The notes beneath the pieces were generated by a model. That model was given only the letters and a program-made list of their open reading frames with translations. It did no database searches and was not told the origin of the DNA. The translations under genes and the position numbers were made by a program. This document shows positions 34,591-44,708 of a DNA stretch of 64,000 nucleotides, one piece after another. The stretch lies in the sequence record KJ019146.1; one strand, written 5' to 3'. Position 1 is the first letter of the stretch. Every line of letters starts with the position of its first letter.

Positions 34591-35589
34591 ATGAAAGCTT
34601 TAATCTCTGGAATTACAGGTCAAGATGGATCCTATCTTGCTGAACTTCTACTTAAGAAGGGGTATGAAGTCCATGGTATTATTCGTAGAACCTCCTCGTT
34701 TAATACAGGAAGAATCGATCATATCTTCGATCAGTTACACCTCCACTACGGGGATTTGACTGACTCCCTGAACATAGTCTCTATCATTAAGGAAGTAGAA
34801 CCTGATGAGATCTACAACCTAGGGGCACAGAGTCATGTGAAGGTATCATTCGAGATCCCTGAATACACTGCACAAACAGACGCTCTGGGAACTCTACGAG
34901 TATTGGAAGCAGTCCGTCTCCTAGGTATGGAGAATAGAGTTCGTATCTATCAGGCTTCCACTAGTGAGTTGTATGGATTAGTTCAGGCAGTTCCACAGAA
35001 AGAAGATACCCCATTCTATCCACGATCCCCATATGGTGTAGCGAAACTCTATGGTTACTGGATTATAAAGAACTACAGAGAGAGTTATGGGATGCACGCT
35101 AGTAGTGGTATCCTATTCAATCATGAGTCGCCACGACGGGGTGAGACCTTTGTAACTCGTAAGATTACTAGGGCACTCTCTCGTATCAGTACAGGACTAC
35201 AAGATGTTCTCTACCTAGGTAACCTAAACGCCAAGAGGGACTGGGGACACGCAGAGGACTTTGTAGAGGCTATGTGGTTGATGCTCCAACAGGATAAACC
35301 TGATGACTATGTGATTGCCACCGGGGAACAATACTCAGTTCGTGAATTTGTAGAGGCATCTGCTGAATACTTTGGTATGAAGATTGAGTGGCAGGGTGAG
35401 GGATTAGATGAAGTGGGTATAGATAGATTCACTAAGAAAGTCGTTGTTCGTGTCAGCGATAAGTATTTCCGTCCAGCAGAAGTTGAGTCTCTCTGGGGAG
35501 ATCCTACCAAGGCTAAAGAGGTATTGGGTTGGAAACCTAAGCATACCTTTAGTTCTTTGGTTGAAGATATGTGTATTTACGGTCAGTGA
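34591..35589 (+). CDS. gmd: GDP-mannose 4,6-dehydratase
   Basis: [38 protein letters not shown] and RDWGHA. ATG 34591 follows TG-T-TATAAT. Confidence 0.96.
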   Translation: MKALISGITGQDGSYLAELLLKKGYEVHGIIRRTSSFNTGRIDHIFDQLHLHYGDLTDSLNIVSIIKEVEPDEIYNLGAQSHVKVSFEIPEYTAQTDALGTLRVLEAVRLLGMENRVRIYQASTSELYGLVQAVPQKEDTPFYPRSPYGVAKLYGYWIIKNYRESYGMHASSGILFNHESPRRGETFVTRKITRALSRISTGLQDVLYLGNLNAKRDWGHAEDFVEAMWLMLQQDKPDDYVIATGEQYSVREFVEASAEYFGMKIEWQGEGLDEVGIDRFTKKVVVRVSDKYFRPAEVESLWGDPTKAKEVLGWKPKHTFSSLVEDMCIYGQ

Positions 35590-35591
35590 TT

Positions 35592-36518
35592 ATGAAAAAG
35601 GGTTCAACGGTAGCAGTATTTGGTTCGGGTGGATTGGCTGGAAGTGCCATCACCAGGGCACTCAGGTGTTACTTTATGGCACATAAGATTCTTACCCCTA
35701 GGAGTAAGGAACTAGACCTAAGAGAACAGGCAGATGTTCGTAGTTGGTTTAAGGAGAACAAAGTTGATTATGTATTCTTAGCCGCCGCCCTAGTTGGTGG
35801 TATTATGGCTAACAAGACTAGAAAGGCAGAGTTCTTACACGACAACCTAATGATGCAGTGTAATGTAATTGACTCTGCATACTATAGTGGAGTAAAGAAA
35901 CTCCTATTCTTAGGTACCTCTTGTATCTATCCAGCAGGAAGACACCATCCACTAGTGGAACATGAACTACTCACAGGACTATTAGAACCAACCAATGACG
36001 CATACGCAATCGCAAAGATCGCAGGGATCAAACAATGTGACTTCTACCGAGAACAATATGGATTTGATGCTATCTCTATCATGCCTCCTAATCTATATGG
36101 TCCTGGAGATAATTTCAATGAGGGATCAGGACATGTCCTCGCCTCATTGATGAATAGGTTTCACCTAGCGAAGGAAGCAGGTGCATCTAGAGTTGAATGT
36201 TGGGGTGATGGATCACCTATGAGAGAGTTTCTATATGTGGATGACTTAGCAGATGCTTCCTTATACTTTATGAATAGTTATAGTGAGTCTGGGCACATTA
36301 ATACTGGGACTGGTAGGGATGTAACTATCAAACAACTAGCGGAGACTATTGCTGATGTAGTTGGATACAAAGGTGAGATAGGTTGGGATACAACTAAACC
36401 CAACGGAAACCCAAGGAAACTACTTGACAGCAGTAGGGCAAACCTGTTAGGATGGGAACCCAAGGTTAAATTTGAAGACGGAATCAAACTCACATACAAC
36501 TGGTATCTAGCACAATGA
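35592..36518 (+). CDS. fcl: GDP-L-fucose synthase family epimerase/reductase (Fcl/WcaG/ColC)
   Basis: AAALVGGIMAN, LFLGTSCIYP, YAIAKIAG, NLYGPGDNF and REFLYVDD. Confidence 0.92.
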   Translation: MKKGSTVAVFGSGGLAGSAITRALRCYFMAHKILTPRSKELDLREQADVRSWFKENKVDYVFLAAALVGGIMANKTRKAEFLHDNLMMQCNVIDSAYYSGVKKLLFLGTSCIYPAGRHHPLVEHELLTGLLEPTNDAYAIAKIAGIKQCDFYREQYGFDAISIMPPNLYGPGDNFNEGSGHVLASLMNRFHLAKEAGASRVECWGDGSPMREFLYVDDLADASLYFMNSYSESGHINTGTGRDVTIKQLAETIADVVGYKGEIGWDTTKPNGNPRKLLDSSRANLLGWEPKVKFEDGIKLTYNWYLAQ

Positions 36519-37708
36519 CAAAGATTACAAATGGATATACGTGGCCTCTTATGAAGGACACTGTGACCAAGAGAGATAGGTTGAGGATGGCAAAGTTTAT
36601 CCTCACCAGTGATAGACTAACACAAGGTAAAGAAGTTCGTAAGTTTGAGGAGCAGTGGAGTGAGTGGCTTGGAGTTAAACATTCTCTTTTTGTTAGCAGT
36701 GGCAGTACCGCTAACCTACTTCTTGTGTCTGCTTGGAAGGAATTATACGAGATCCCAGACCAGTCGAAAGTAATTGTACCTGCTTGTACTTGGGTAACTA
36801 ATGTTGCTCCTATCATCCAGTGTGGTTTGACTCCAATCTTTTGTGACATCAACTTAGAAGACTACTCCTTTGATCTGGATAAACTACAGGATATTCGTGA
36901 TGAATATCAAGATGACATTAGAGGTATCTTTGTTACTCACCTCCTAGGATTTCCTGCTAATGTGGAAAAGTTTCGTGATGTTTTCCCCGACGCTCATATT
37001 CTAGAAGATGTATGTGAGAGTCACGGAGCAGTCCTCCCTAGTGGTGATAAGGCGGGAACCTTTGATGTTGGTGGCACATTTAGTTTCTACTTTGGGCACC
37101 ACATGACTACCATTGAAGGTGGTATGGTGAGTACTAATGATCCAGAACTCTATGATCTAATGAGAATGAAGCGTTCTCATGGGTTAGCGAGAGAATCACT
37201 ATACTTTGAAACATACAAAGAGAAGTATCCTGATGTAAATCCACAGTTTCTCTTCGTTACTGAGGGATATAACTTCCGTAATACTGATCTAGCTGCTGTA
37301 TTAGGACAGTCTCAACTGAAGAGACTAGACAGTATGATTGGGATTCGTAACAGGAACTATGAGTTATACCAACAATTACTAAAGAAACACGAACATGACC
37401 TTACACATGAGTATGGTGGTTCTTTCTATATCCCCTCCACACAGGGGGATGTAAGTAGTTTCTGTTTTCCATTTGTAGTTGATAATATGCACTGTTATCT
37501 TAAGTTAAAAGAACTTCTAGAAGAATACTATGTTGAGTATCGACCTATTGTGAGTGGTAACCTCCTACGACAACCATTCTTGAGAGAATATTCTGCTGAG
37601 TGTCCCAAGGCAGATATAGCCCATGAAAAGGGACTATATATTGGGAATAATCACTTTGTAGATGAGTCTAACTTTCACATGCTAGATGAGATTTTGAGCC
37701 AACTTTGA
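36515..37708 (+). CDS. colD: DegT-family PLP enzyme with active-site His: GDP-4-keto-6-deoxymannose 3-dehydratase (ColD-like)
   Basis: SSGSTANL, EDVCESHGA and FSFYFGHHMTTIEGG, with His where aminotransferases have the PLP-binding Lys. Confidence 0.75.
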   Translation: MTKITNGYTWPLMKDTVTKRDRLRMAKFILTSDRLTQGKEVRKFEEQWSEWLGVKHSLFVSSGSTANLLLVSAWKELYEIPDQSKVIVPACTWVTNVAPIIQCGLTPIFCDINLEDYSFDLDKLQDIRDEYQDDIRGIFVTHLLGFPANVEKFRDVFPDAHILEDVCESHGAVLPSGDKAGTFDVGGTFSFYFGHHMTTIEGGMVSTNDPELYDLMRMKRSHGLARESLYFETYKEKYPDVNPQFLFVTEGYNFRNTDLAAVLGQSQLKRLDSMIGIRNRNYELYQQLLKKHEHDLTHEYGGSFYIPSTQGDVSSFCFPFVVDNMHCYLKLKELLEEYYVEYRPIVSGNLLRQPFLREYSAECPKADIAHEKGLYIGNNHFVDESNFHMLDEILSQL

Positions 37709-37709
37709 T

Positions 37710-38504
37710 ATGACATTTTCATTTAATCATATGGGCAACTTGGGGCATCTGGGAAACCAGATGTTTCAGTATGCCGCACTCATTGGTATGGGGGCTAAGC
37801 ATGGGAGGAGTATTTGTATCCCCCATAAACAAAGTTTTGGGCAATCATACTACCAGGATCTTCGTAGTAATATCTACGATGCTTTCAACCTCTCACCCAA
37901 TGGTGTAGGTATCAGTAGGTTCCCCACAGTTCAGGAAGGTAGTTTCCACTTTGATGAAAACTTATTTGAGAACCCACCAGAGGAGAACTGTAACCTCTAT
38001 GGATTCTTCCAGAGTGAAAAGTGGTTCTCACATATCAAAGAAGGTATTAGGAAAGAGTTCACTCTAAAGGATGAGTACCGGGAAGTGGCACAACTGATGA
38101 GAGAACAACTCTCTGGTCAGGTTGTTGCTATTCATGTTCGTAGAACTGACTACCTATCCAATCCAAACCACGGAGCATTGGGTTTAGATTACTATGAGAA
38201 GGCACTGGAGTTGGTTCCCAATAACCTTACAGTAGTTGTATTCACTGATGATCCAGAGTGGGCTAAAGAACAACCACTCTTCCCAGACGATAGGTTCTTT
38301 GTATCAGAGACAGACTGTCCCTATACAGACCTTGCTCTTATGAGTATGTGTGATTATCATATTATTGCCAACAGTTCATACTCTTGGTGGGGTGCATACT
38401 TATCTGATAGTAAGAAAGTAATTGCTCCTAAACAGTGGTTTGGGGAACCACTTAAAACAAATAACCTGAAAGATCTTTATTGTGATGGGTGGGTGAAACT
38501 ATGA
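37710..38504 (+). CDS. GT11 alpha-1,2-fucosyl/colitosyltransferase
   Basis: GHLGNQMFQYA, GFFQSEKWF, IHVRRTDY and IIANSSYSWWGAYL. Confidence 0.9.
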   Translation: MTFSFNHMGNLGHLGNQMFQYAALIGMGAKHGRSICIPHKQSFGQSYYQDLRSNIYDAFNLSPNGVGISRFPTVQEGSFHFDENLFENPPEENCNLYGFFQSEKWFSHIKEGIRKEFTLKDEYREVAQLMREQLSGQVVAIHVRRTDYLSNPNHGALGLDYYEKALELVPNNLTVVVFTDDPEWAKEQPLFPDDRFFVSETDCPYTDLALMSMCDYHIIANSSYSWWGAYLSDSKKVIAPKQWFGEPLKTNNLKDLYCDGWVKL

Positions 38505-39124
38505 GTAACTTTGCAAGTGCTAAACAGTTTATCAAGAATGGTATTGATACACAACAGGAGTCTATCTCTGGTGGTGGCAGCACTATGGCTTCCACAGTTG
38601 CTTTCAGATACTTCCTACCAAAGTATATCAAACAGTATGGTATTGAGAGTATCTTAGACATTGGGTGTGGTGACTGGCATTGGATGTCTACTATCAGAGA
38701 AGAGTTTCCTGATGTAGACTATGAGGGATGGGATGCCTCTGAGGATATGATTAATCCCATGACTGAGAAGTACGGAACAGAGAATACCAGGTTTGAGGTA
38801 AAGGATATCATTGATAACAAGTATCCCAAAGTGGATTTGGTTATCGCTCGTGATGTTCTATTCCACCTCAAAGAAGATTACCTAAAGAAGGTTCTCAAGA
38901 ATATCAGTAAGGCAGGTGTGAAGTATCTACTAGCAACTACCTTCCCAGGTTTACCTAAGAACGAAGAACTCACTCCTAAGAAATATGACGGTTGGGGATT
39001 CAGACCAATCAATCTGGATATCGAACCTTATAATATGAAAGATTATTGTATCAATGATTTCAAGGAAACCACAGCTCCCAACAGAGGGTATCATCGTCAT
39101 GTGTATTTGTATGAGGTAAAATGA
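38501..39124 (+). CDS. class I SAM-dependent methyltransferase
   Basis: SGGGS, ILDIGCGD and DLVIARDVLFHL. Confidence 0.8.
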   Translation: MSNFASAKQFIKNGIDTQQESISGGGSTMASTVAFRYFLPKYIKQYGIESILDIGCGDWHWMSTIREEFPDVDYEGWDASEDMINPMTEKYGTENTRFEVKDIIDNKYPKVDLVIARDVLFHLKEDYLKKVLKNISKAGVKYLLATTFPGLPKNEELTPKKYDGWGFRPINLDIEPYNMKDYCINDFKETTAPNRGYHRHVYLYEVK

Positions 39125-39273
39125 AGATCGAAATTGAACTCTCTAAAGATGTAGAATACAAAGGAGAGAAACTAGGTGAGTATATCTGGAACCTAGAAGA
39201 GGGAATTAATCATGTTACTGGTTTTGGTGATTCACTTGAGGAATGTTTTAAGGAAATTGTGAGGTTTAGATGA
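39121..39273 (+). CDS. small hypothetical protein (50 aa)
   Basis: Read by hand; ATGA overlaps on both sides. Confidence 0.55.
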   Translation: MKIEIELSKDVEYKGEKLGEYIWNLEEGINHVTGFGDSLEECFKEIVRFR

Positions 39274-40001
39274 AGAAAGTAGCTATTATCTTTATTGGAA
39301 CAGGTAGATACCTAGAGTTTCTACCAAAGTATTATGAACAGGCAGAAGCAAACCTCTTCCCTGACAGACCCAAACACTACTATGTGTTTACTGATGGTGA
39401 CTTAGGTAATGAACTACCTGACAATGTAACTGTATACGAACAGGAACATCTCCAATGGCCATACATCACCCTCTATCGTTTCGGTATTATCCAGAAACAC
39501 CTAGAGGAGATTGAGAAGGAGTGTGGTTTCCTACTCTTTATGGATGCTGATACACAGGTAGTATCCCCTGTATCGTTCGATGAAGTATTCAGGAAGGGAA
39601 AACCCTATACAGGTGTTCATCACCCCTGCCACGCCCTGAATATGCCACCACACAATGAGTTTCCTGGTAGTCTAGAAACTAATACAGCATCCAAGGCAGC
39701 ATGTAAACCTGGTGATGACTTCTCTGTATATTGGCAAGGTTGTGTATGGGGTGGAAACATCAAGGGTGCTCGTAAGATTATTGATACTCTCCACCACAGA
39801 ACTAAACAAGATGAGGAGAATGGAATCATTGCTAAGTGGCATGATGAAAGTCATATCAATAGATACTTCCTTGACAACAAAGATAAGGTGAATACCCTAT
39901 CACCTAGTTTCGCATACCCAGAGTCCTTCACTGAGTATATGGAAGACTACGAACCTAAGATTGTACACCTAGCAAAAGAGAATTCTAAGTATCAGGTATG
40001 A
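39270..40001 (+). CDS. GT6 glycosyltransferase (alpha-1,3-Gal/GalNAc transferase, ABO family)
   Basis: IFIGTGRY, YYVFTD, FMDAD, WQGCVWGG and WHDESHINRY. Confidence 0.88.
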   Translation: MKKVAIIFIGTGRYLEFLPKYYEQAEANLFPDRPKHYYVFTDGDLGNELPDNVTVYEQEHLQWPYITLYRFGIIQKHLEEIEKECGFLLFMDADTQVVSPVSFDEVFRKGKPYTGVHHPCHALNMPPHNEFPGSLETNTASKAACKPGDDFSVYWQGCVWGGNIKGARKIIDTLHHRTKQDEENGIIAKWHDESHINRYFLDNKDKVNTLSPSFAYPESFTEYMEDYEPKIVHLAKENSKYQV

Positions 40002-40621
40002 GTTACTTCACAGATTATGACAACGAATTCACAGTATTCGAGGCACCAAAGAACGGGGGAACTACTCTCCGTCTTTGGATATACTACGCAGGAACAGGGG
40101 AGTTAGTAAAGTCAGCGGAGTCTGAATACTACGCTGGCACTGGAGAAACATACAAACAACTCCAAGAGTGGGGTTATGTGAATGGGGAATACGAGAACCC
40201 CAAGACCCAGATGGTATGTATCAAGAGAGACCCTGTAGATAGGTTTGTAAGTGCCTTCTATGATAAGGTAATCAAAGAGGGGAGAATCAAAGTAACCATC
40301 GATGAGTTTCTCTCAAACTATGAAGAGATACTTGATAAGTCTACCCTCAAGATGAATGATGGTAAGACTAACTTCATGAAGTTTCACTTTGAGTCACAGA
40401 CATATCACTTTGGTAAAGATAGAGATCTATATCATAAGGTCTTTGATATCTCAGAGGTCGGTACTGGTTTGAAGAAGTATCTGGAGGGTAAGTGGAATAT
40501 AGAACTACCTGATGTCCATGCTAGAAATAGTGGTGGTGGTAGAAAGTTTGATCTCTCCAGGGGACAACTGAATAGGGTGAAGGAAATCTACACACAGGAC
40601 TATTATAATGGGTGGTACTGA
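39998..40621 (+). CDS. sulfotransferase family 2-like protein
   Basis: 5'-PSB APKNGGTTL and 3'-PB RDPVDRFVSAF. Confidence 0.7.
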   Translation: MSYFTDYDNEFTVFEAPKNGGTTLRLWIYYAGTGELVKSAESEYYAGTGETYKQLQEWGYVNGEYENPKTQMVCIKRDPVDRFVSAFYDKVIKEGRIKVTIDEFLSNYEEILDKSTLKMNDGKTNFMKFHFESQTYHFGKDRDLYHKVFDISEVGTGLKKYLEGKWNIELPDVHARNSGGGRKFDLSRGQLNRVKEIYTQDYYNGWY

Positions 40622-41393
40622 AGGATATATCCTGATAGGTATTGGTGATAGGTACCTACAGATGACAGAGAACCTCACTAAAACTCTAAAGAAACATGGA
40701 GATAATAGAGGATCCCTAACTATCACAAGATCAGATAATAGGGAACTCTATAGTGAGTGTAACACTGAGTTTGAGAGGAATGGAACTCTACCTAAGATTA
40801 CCTTAGATAGATACTTACCTTTTGATCACAATATATTCCTAGATGCTGATATGTTATGTGTAGGTGATACACAACATGTATGGGATCTATTCAGGAGTAG
40901 TGATCAGTTTGTTCAACAGGTAGGATGTTTGGGAAGAGATCCTAACTTCCATGCTCACCAGTATGAGAGTGAGTTGGGTTTTGAGATTCCTAGAGTCCAT
41001 GGTGGTTGTATCTACATCAATAGAGAGAAACTAGACCCAGGGTTCTTTCCCTATATGAGAGAGTGTTTCCTAAACTATAAACAAATATTTCATAATAGTG
41101 GTCTAACCTATAAGAATAGTAGACCAGATCAACCACTATACGCTCTAGCAAATGGTATGTGGGGATTCAAACCTGTGGATCTATACACTAACCCTATCAT
41201 GACTATCGTGAATGATAGTACTCCACCACCACTAGATAGTGTATTCTTCAATAAGAAGAGAGGTCCTAAGTTAGATACTCCTGTTCCCTTTGTTCATGTA
41301 TTCCGTGGAGAAGAGGGTATGTCTAGGGGTTATACTAGAGGTGACCAGAAGATGTTGTTGTCCCATTATGATTACTACCTGAACTATGAATAA
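40608..41393 (+). CDS. GT-A fold glycosyltransferase (GT8-like)
   Basis: IFLDADML DxD motif, HGG, DQP. Confidence 0.6.
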   Translation: MGGTEGYILIGIGDRYLQMTENLTKTLKKHGDNRGSLTITRSDNRELYSECNTEFERNGTLPKITLDRYLPFDHNIFLDADMLCVGDTQHVWDLFRSSDQFVQQVGCLGRDPNFHAHQYESELGFEIPRVHGGCIYINREKLDPGFFPYMRECFLNYKQIFHNSGLTYKNSRPDQPLYALANGMWGFKPVDLYTNPIMTIVNDSTPPPLDSVFFNKKRGPKLDTPVPFVHVFRGEEGMSRGYTRGDQKMLLSHYDYYLNYE

Positions 41394-42174
41394 AACTATA
41401 TGGATGTGTTGGTTCCAGGGTTGGGATAAGGCACCAGAGATTACAGAGAAGTGTTTAGAGTCCTGGAAACACTACAATAGTGATTGGGATATTGTTCTAC
41501 TAGATGAATCCAACTACAAGGATTACATCTCCATTGATAAAGAACTACCAGGACTGAAGACAAACTATATCTCACTGGGTGATATCCTTCGTCTCTTTCT
41601 ACTAAAAGAGCATGGTGGAGTATGGGCAGATGCAACTATCTTCTGCAACAAACCAGTGGATTGGGTTTTGGATTATGAGGATTCTTTCATCTTCACCAGG
41701 AAGGATAAGATGATTGCCTCTTGGTTTGTTGCTGCTCAGAAAGATTCCCATGTTGTAGATGTATGGTATAATAAGATGTTAGAGTTCTGGAAGTATCGTA
41801 TGGAAAATACAGATACTTTCGAGCAACAATATGGTTGGATACACGCTTTGTTCCGTCAGTCCTACGCTCAGGATAAGGGGTTCAGGGATATTGTAGATAG
41901 TATGGATAAGATTGATTGCATGAGTGATGGTCAATCTAGAGGTAAGGGTCCGCACTTCTTTGCACCCTACAGTAAATACTTCTACAACCCTATCAGTGAC
42001 ACGATAAAGAATCGTATAGACTCTAAAGTTGATCCACTATATAAGTTGTCTTACAAGGCAAACACAGACTGGAGAAGTCCAGAGAACAGGGGTATCCACC
42101 CAGCAGACCAAAAGATTATGTTGGAATATCCAACTAATAGTGAACTACATTATCTACTCAACACATTAAAATGA
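41386..42174 (+). CDS. capsular polysaccharide synthesis protein (GT32-like)
   Basis: IWMCWFQG, DILRLFLLKEHGGVWADAT and YKLSYK. Confidence 0.85.
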   Translation: MNKTIWMCWFQGWDKAPEITEKCLESWKHYNSDWDIVLLDESNYKDYISIDKELPGLKTNYISLGDILRLFLLKEHGGVWADATIFCNKPVDWVLDYEDSFIFTRKDKMIASWFVAAQKDSHVVDVWYNKMLEFWKYRMENTDTFEQQYGWIHALFRQSYAQDKGFRDIVDSMDKIDCMSDGQSRGKGPHFFAPYSKYFYNPISDTIKNRIDSKVDPLYKLSYKANTDWRSPENRGIHPADQKIMLEYPTNSELHYLLNTLK

Positions 42175-43076
42175 CAAATAAATCATTGGTTACCGGTGGC
42201 GCGGGTTTCATCGGGTCACATATTGTGGACCGACTTATTACACTAGGACATCAAGTCGTAGTGATTGACAATGAATCCTCTGATGGTCATGATGAATACC
42301 ATTGGAACAGAAGCGGACAAGTACAAAACCATAAGGCAGACATTCGTGACTACGATGCAATCAAACACTTGTTTGGTGGAGTCAATAATGTTTTTCACCT
42401 TGCCGCTAAAGCATCAGTACAGGCGTCAGTAGATAACCCCCTACCAACTATTGCCACACAGGTAATGGGAACCGCCAATGTATTGGAGGCAGCACGACAA
42501 TCTGGTGTGAGTAAGTTTGTATATTCCTCTACTAGTGCTTGTTATGGTAACAACAACCCCATTCCTAATGTAGAAACGATGAGAGAAGATCCTCTCAACG
42601 CCTATGCTATTGGTAAGTTATCTGGGGAACAACTAGTTCGTGCCTATCACTACCTCTATGGTATGAAGACGGTGGCATTCCGTTATACCAATGTATATGG
42701 GGAGAGGGCAAGACATGTAGGACACTATGCTCCTGCTGTTAGTAAGTTCCTAAAGATGAGAGCACAGGGAGAACCTCTAACTATCTTTGGTGATGGTGCC
42801 CAACGCCGAGACTTTATTCATGTATCTGATGTAGTCAACGCTAACTGCTGTATTACCTATGAGGAACTAGAGCAGTGGGGTGAGACCTATAACATTGGTT
42901 ATGGTAAGAACTGGAGTATCCAAGAGATCGCAGACTCTATCAGTCAGGAACAGATTCACCTATCTGCTCGTACTGGTGAGATGCGTGAGACCCTTGCTGA
43001 TATTGGGAAGGCAAAGGCAGAGTTGATGTGGAAACCAAAGACTGACATCATGGATTGGATTAGGGTACAACTCTGA
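42171..43076 (+). CDS. NAD-dependent nucleotide-sugar epimerase/dehydratase
   Basis: VTGGAGFIGSH, FHLAA, YAIGK, RYTNVYG and RDFIHVSD. Confidence 0.92.
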   Translation: MTNKSLVTGGAGFIGSHIVDRLITLGHQVVVIDNESSDGHDEYHWNRSGQVQNHKADIRDYDAIKHLFGGVNNVFHLAAKASVQASVDNPLPTIATQVMGTANVLEAARQSGVSKFVYSSTSACYGNNNPIPNVETMREDPLNAYAIGKLSGEQLVRAYHYLYGMKTVAFRYTNVYGERARHVGHYAPAVSKFLKMRAQGEPLTIFGDGAQRRDFIHVSDVVNANCCITYEELEQWGETYNIGYGKNWSIQEIADSISQEQIHLSARTGEMRETLADIGKAKAELMWKPKTDIMDWIRVQL

Positions 43077-43693
43077 TGCCAGTATTTCAGAAGGACAACA
43101 AGAAAGTTCTATTCATCCATGTTCCCAAGACTGCAGGAAGTTCTGTGAATAAACTCTTTGTGAATAATGGATATGAAATGTCCTACTATTCTGAGAGTTC
43201 TAAAGATCTATACAATGGATTATGTGGACCGCAACATCTAGACTCACTTCTATTGGAAGATGAGTTCCAAGATTTCTCTCAGTTTGATTATATCTTCTCT
43301 ATCTTCAGAGACCCAGTAGACAGACATCTATCTGAGTTCACCTGGGCACCCTGGGGACTAATGGGTAGAAACATCTACACACCAGAAAGATTTGATGAGT
43401 GGTGTCCTAAGATATTCAGGGCGTATCAGGACTCACCATATAGGATGGATAACCACATTAGACCTCAACATGAGTTCTATGTCAATGGATGTGATGTGTA
43501 TGACTATGAAAATATCAATACACTCACAGAGAAACTATGTGATAAAATAGGTCTAGATAATAAAGAGATGCCATATGAAAGGTCTTCACGATATGATAGT
43601 GAGGATTATGTCATCTATGAAGATACTTACAATTGTATTACTGAATTTTACAAAGGAGACTATCAATGGCAAAAGGATTCAGTCCTGTTGTGA
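43076..43693 (+). CDS. sulfotransferase family 2-like protein
   Basis: FIHVPKTAGSSV, FRDPVDR.LSE and HIRPQ. Confidence 0.8.
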   Translation: MPVFQKDNKKVLFIHVPKTAGSSVNKLFVNNGYEMSYYSESSKDLYNGLCGPQHLDSLLLEDEFQDFSQFDYIFSIFRDPVDRHLSEFTWAPWGLMGRNIYTPERFDEWCPKIFRAYQDSPYRMDNHIRPQHEFYVNGCDVYDYENINTLTEKLCDKIGLDNKEMPYERSSRYDSEDYVIYEDTYNCITEFYKGDYQWQKDSVLL

Positions 43694-44544
43694 CTAAGGA
43701 TAAGAACAAGTCCCAGTTCAAACTACAGGGTGTTCCTAGGATTTACTACATCAGTTTAGATGATCATGCTCATCGTCAAGACTATATGGAGTCCCAGTTT
43801 GAAGACTGGGGCATCACTAACTTCGAAAGAATCTCTGCTCATGATGGTAGAGGTGATAATGATCTGAGTGATATTCTCAAAGGATCTTATCCAAAGATGA
43901 TGAGTTCTGGTGAGGTTGGTTGTGTAACCTCTCACCTAAAGGCACTAAAACACTGGTTAGATACTACAGAGGGTGAAGAGTTTCTCCTTATTATGGAGGA
44001 TGATTGTGATATCTCCACTGCTTCCCACTGGGGGTTCTCCTGGAGAGAGTTTGTTGGGAATATTCCATCCCATGTAGATTGTGTTCAGTTAGCAGTTATC
44101 AACCCATCAGAACTACATATCAAACTCCATATCAGGTTTGTGAATGATTTCTCCACTGCCTCATACCTAATCCGTAGATCACACGCAGAGAAGTTAGTTA
44201 GACTCTATTGTAGGGGTGATAAGTATAAACTTGATAGTGATATCAAACCCAGAGCAGTTGCTGATGATCTTATCTACAACTCTGGTGTGACTCTTGCTAT
44301 GCCTCTATTTGCCTTCAAGATTGCACTAGGTTCCAGTATCCATGATGTCCATATCAATACCTTCCACAAGAGTAGTCATGATGGTATCTGGGAGTTTTGG
44401 AAGAAAACAGCACCAACTATTGAGAACTGGAAACCATTCTTCAACTATGATGCCTATCTGGGAACCCTACCACCCAATGTTGTGGTTCAACAATGGCAGC
44501 AAAAACAGGAATCCAAAGCAAAAGATTCAGGGGCTTCGCAATAG
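43666..44544 (+). CDS. GT25 (Lex2B/LgtB-like) glycosyltransferase
   Basis: YISLD...R, FERISAHDG, GEVGCVTSH and LIMEDD. Confidence 0.85.
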   Translation: MAKGFSPVVTKDKNKSQFKLQGVPRIYYISLDDHAHRQDYMESQFEDWGITNFERISAHDGRGDNDLSDILKGSYPKMMSSGEVGCVTSHLKALKHWLDTTEGEEFLLIMEDDCDISTASHWGFSWREFVGNIPSHVDCVQLAVINPSELHIKLHIRFVNDFSTASYLIRRSHAEKLVRLYCRGDKYKLDSDIKPRAVADDLIYNSGVTLAMPLFAFKIALGSSIHDVHINTFHKSSHDGIWEFWKKTAPTIENWKPFFNYDAYLGTLPPNVVVQQWQQKQESKAKDSGASQ

Positions 44545-44588
44545 AACATATATATGTTATAATATTTACATTCACCCATGAGGTTATT

Positions 44589-44708
44589 ATGAAATTTGGT
44601 TTTACCCCCGAAGCAGAAATCCTAAACGCTCGTTTGGCAATGTTGGGATTCGTTATCGCCGTAGGCACTTACTTGACCACAGGTCAGATTATTCCAGGAG
44701 TTCTTTGA
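44589..44708 (+). CDS. hli: high-light-inducible protein
   Basis: [13 protein letters not shown] chlorophyll-binding motif; TGQIIPG. ATG 44589 follows GAGG. Confidence 0.92.
   Translation: MKFGFTPEAEILNARLAMLGFVIAVGTYLTTGQIIPGVL

Noticed and set aside
36515-37708. Perosamine synthase/aminotransferase annotation
   Set aside because: The catalytic Lys position holds His (FGHHMTT), which favours a ColD-type dehydratase.
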